Part shown: piece by piece, positions 62,446 through 64,000 of the stretch | How the letters are laid out: the number at the start of each line of letters is the position of its first letter | How positions within the stretch are numbered: the first letter of the stretch is position 1 | Origin: Candidatus Omnitrophota bacterium | GTDB taxonomy: Bacteria > Omnitrophota > Gorgyraeia > Zapsychrales > Fredricksoniimonadaceae | Reading direction: 5' to 3' | Assembly: GCA_044225175.1 (NCBI GenBank) | Contig: JBGAJA010000007.1 | Coordinates: 13,492 to 77,491, forward strand | DNA length: 64,000 nucleotides | Translations under genes and position numbers: made by a program | The notes under the pieces: model-generated | The model's input: the letters and a program-made list of their open reading frames with translations, nothing else | Database searches by the model: none | Told to the model about the DNA's origin: nothing

Positions 62446-64000
62446 TGAGCTCCCGTAGAATTTTACTGTTGCTATTTTTTCTTGTGTTGGCTTTTGAGCT
62501 GGCTATGACAGCTTTTTTGATTTTTGATAAGAGATTGGTTATTGGTCATGATGGTTTTGAAATGCTGGCTCATCAATGGTTCTTTCTTAATGGCAGAGTG
62601 TCTTATGGTGAATACCCTCTTTGGACCCCGTACATGTCTCACGGCATTCCTATGTGGTGGAACTTTATTAGGATGGATGTTTTTTTAAATTCTCTTATGG
62701 TGTTTGCAGATTCTCTTAAAGGAATGAATTTTCTGCCTTTTTTTTATACGGGATTGTTCTTTGACAAATTTATTCTTTTGGTCGGTGTTTGGCTTCTAGG
62801 GAAAAGGTATTTTAATAATCCACTTACCATATTTTTTGTTGCGGTTACGGTTATGGCCTCCACCGTGACATTGTCTCAAGTTTCCTTTCCTTTGGTCCTT
62901 TTTTATAGCATTCCTCTGACCCTTTATCTTTTGCATCGTTTTTTTGATACGTATAATTTTAAATGGCTGTTCCTTGCAGTCTTTTTATTTTGTGTGTTGA
63001 GTATCAATATTTATTATTTTATTCCCATCATATCGCTGGCTATTTTCTTATATTTCTTGGTATATCATTTTTCATCTGGAGAGGGGCTGTTTAAACATGC
63101 AAGGATAGCTAAAAAAGATTTCTTATGGTTGGCAGGCATTTTTGCAATTGGAATATTGTTAGTTGTCATAGCGTCTCTTGTGCGTGATCCATTGATGCAT
63201 ATGAATACAGTTGGCAGACAGTTGGATGGGAATAATTCTTTGGAAATATTTCTGAAATACGCGGGAAGGACAGATTTATTAAAATGGTGGGAACTGTTCT
63301 TAGGTATGTCCCCACAATTAGACTATACCGTTTACATGGGTCTTTTGAGTCTGCCATTGATTGTCATTGGTTGTACATATAGCAAAAATCCCTATAAATA
63401 TCCCATTCTATTTGGGGCAGTTTTCTTCATATTGTTTGCCTGCGCCACTCCAGTCAGTTTGGTTTCGTATTATATCTGGCCACTCATGAAGCTTTTTAGA
63501 CATATTGGATTGATAGCGCCTCTAATTAAATTATATTTATGCTTCCTAGCGGGATTTGGATTTGAGCAATTATTTGATTCAGCTAAAGCAGGGAATTCGA
63601 AAAGTGTTTTTCAAAAAAGCATCATAGGATGCATCATTCTTTTGTTAAATGGTCTTTTTCTATGTCAATTGATTAAGAACCCTCAAGCGGCAAATTTCAT
63701 GATGACTCAATTAGGGGAGTACTATCAATCCTCTATTGTGGCTAATTTTTCACAGGATTTTATATCGGATAGTTTGTTTTATATGGCAGTTTTTTCATTT
63801 GTCGGGGCGGCCATTTTTCTTGTCAGATCTCTGGTGGGATTCCCTCGCTATGCGGCTTCTTTTATCTTTGTTTTGATGCTTGTTCATGTGACGGACTTGT
63901 ATTGGTATGCTTCTCAGCAAGTAAGATTGCGTTCATTTCCTTTGACTCAGGAGCAGTATCAATTATTCGATTTTCAGAAAATCCCATTTGAGAAGAGACG
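62445..64000 (+). CDS. Large polytopic membrane protein (YfhO/GT-C-like?), 3' end outside the window
   Basis: Uninterrupted + frame from the ATG at 62445 (TAATG overlap with smpB) to the end of the window; many hydrophobic segments. It is absent from the ORF track because no stop occurs inside the window. Confidence 0.6.
   Translation, partial: MSSRRILLLLFFLVLAFELAMTAFLIFDKRLVIGHDGFEMLAHQWFFLNGRVSYGEYPLWTPYMSHGIPMWWNFIRMDVFLNSLMVFADSLKGMNFLPFFYTGLFFDKFILLVGVWLLGKRYFNNPLTIFFVAVTVMASTVTLSQVSFPLVLFYSIPLTLYLLHRFFDTYNFKWLFLAVFLFCVLSINIYYFIPIISLAIFLYFLVYHFSSGEGLFKHARIAKKDFLWLAGIFAIGILLVVIASLVRDPLMHMNTVGRQLDGNNSLEIFLKYAGRTDLLKWWELFLGMSPQLDYTVYMGLLSLPLIVIGCTYSKNPYKYPILFGAVFFILFACATPVSLVSYYIWPLMKLFRHIGLIAPLIKLYLCFLAGFGFEQLFDSAKAGNSKSVFQKSIIGCIILLLNGLFLCQLIKNPQAANFMMTQLGEYYQSSIVANFSQDFISDSLFYMAVFSFVGAAIFLVRSLVGFPRYAASFIFVLMLVHVTDLYWYASQQVRLRSFPLTQEQYQLFDFQKIPFEKR

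Overview
This is a 64-kb window from an AT-rich (~38-40% GC), tightly packed bacterial chromosome. Most genes are on the + strand, and many adjacent genes overlap by 1-4 nt (ATGA/TAATG). The core is a nearly uninterrupted ribosomal superoperon: rpmG-tRNA-Trp-secE-nusG-rplKAJL-rpoBC-rpsLG-fusA-tuf-S10 operon-spc operon (Zn-type S14, no L30)-secY-adk-map-infA-rpmJ-rpsMKD-rpoA-rplQ. Upstream of it lie rpsA, tyrS and a tRNA-Thr. Downstream are housekeeping and cell-envelope genes: an aminotransferase, pilT, an IDH/IMDH-family dehydrogenase, lipB plus a free-standing lipoyl-domain protein, an MGDG-synthase-like glycosyltransferase, an LpxL-like acyltransferase, a GT2 protein, a TonB-like protein, a Trm112-like protein, pepP, efp, accBC, Asp23/AmaP, pfk, gmhA, rfaE-II, thiE, tRNA-Gly, an NlpD-like LysM-M23 lipoprotein, an AAA ATPase, a phosphoesterase, an AEC transporter, smpB and a large membrane protein that runs off the end. 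The most unusual content is a pair of giant paralogous ORFs: a 5'-truncated one of more than 1338 aa at 1..4026 and one of 1532 aa at 45091..49689, the latter with a Sec signal peptide. They share an N-terminal domain of about 300 aa and a C-terminal domain of about 70 aa around divergent middles. Both carry in-frame palindromic elements bounded by GTAGGGG...CCCCTAC at homologous positions, and one contains nucleotide-identical module-boundary repeats and an HExxH motif. I did not recognise either protein as a known family. A two-hairpin RNA-like motif with compensatory base changes occurs upstream of rpoA and again upstream of the ORF that follows the second giant gene. No CRISPR array, rRNA gene or obvious transposase/integrase is present.
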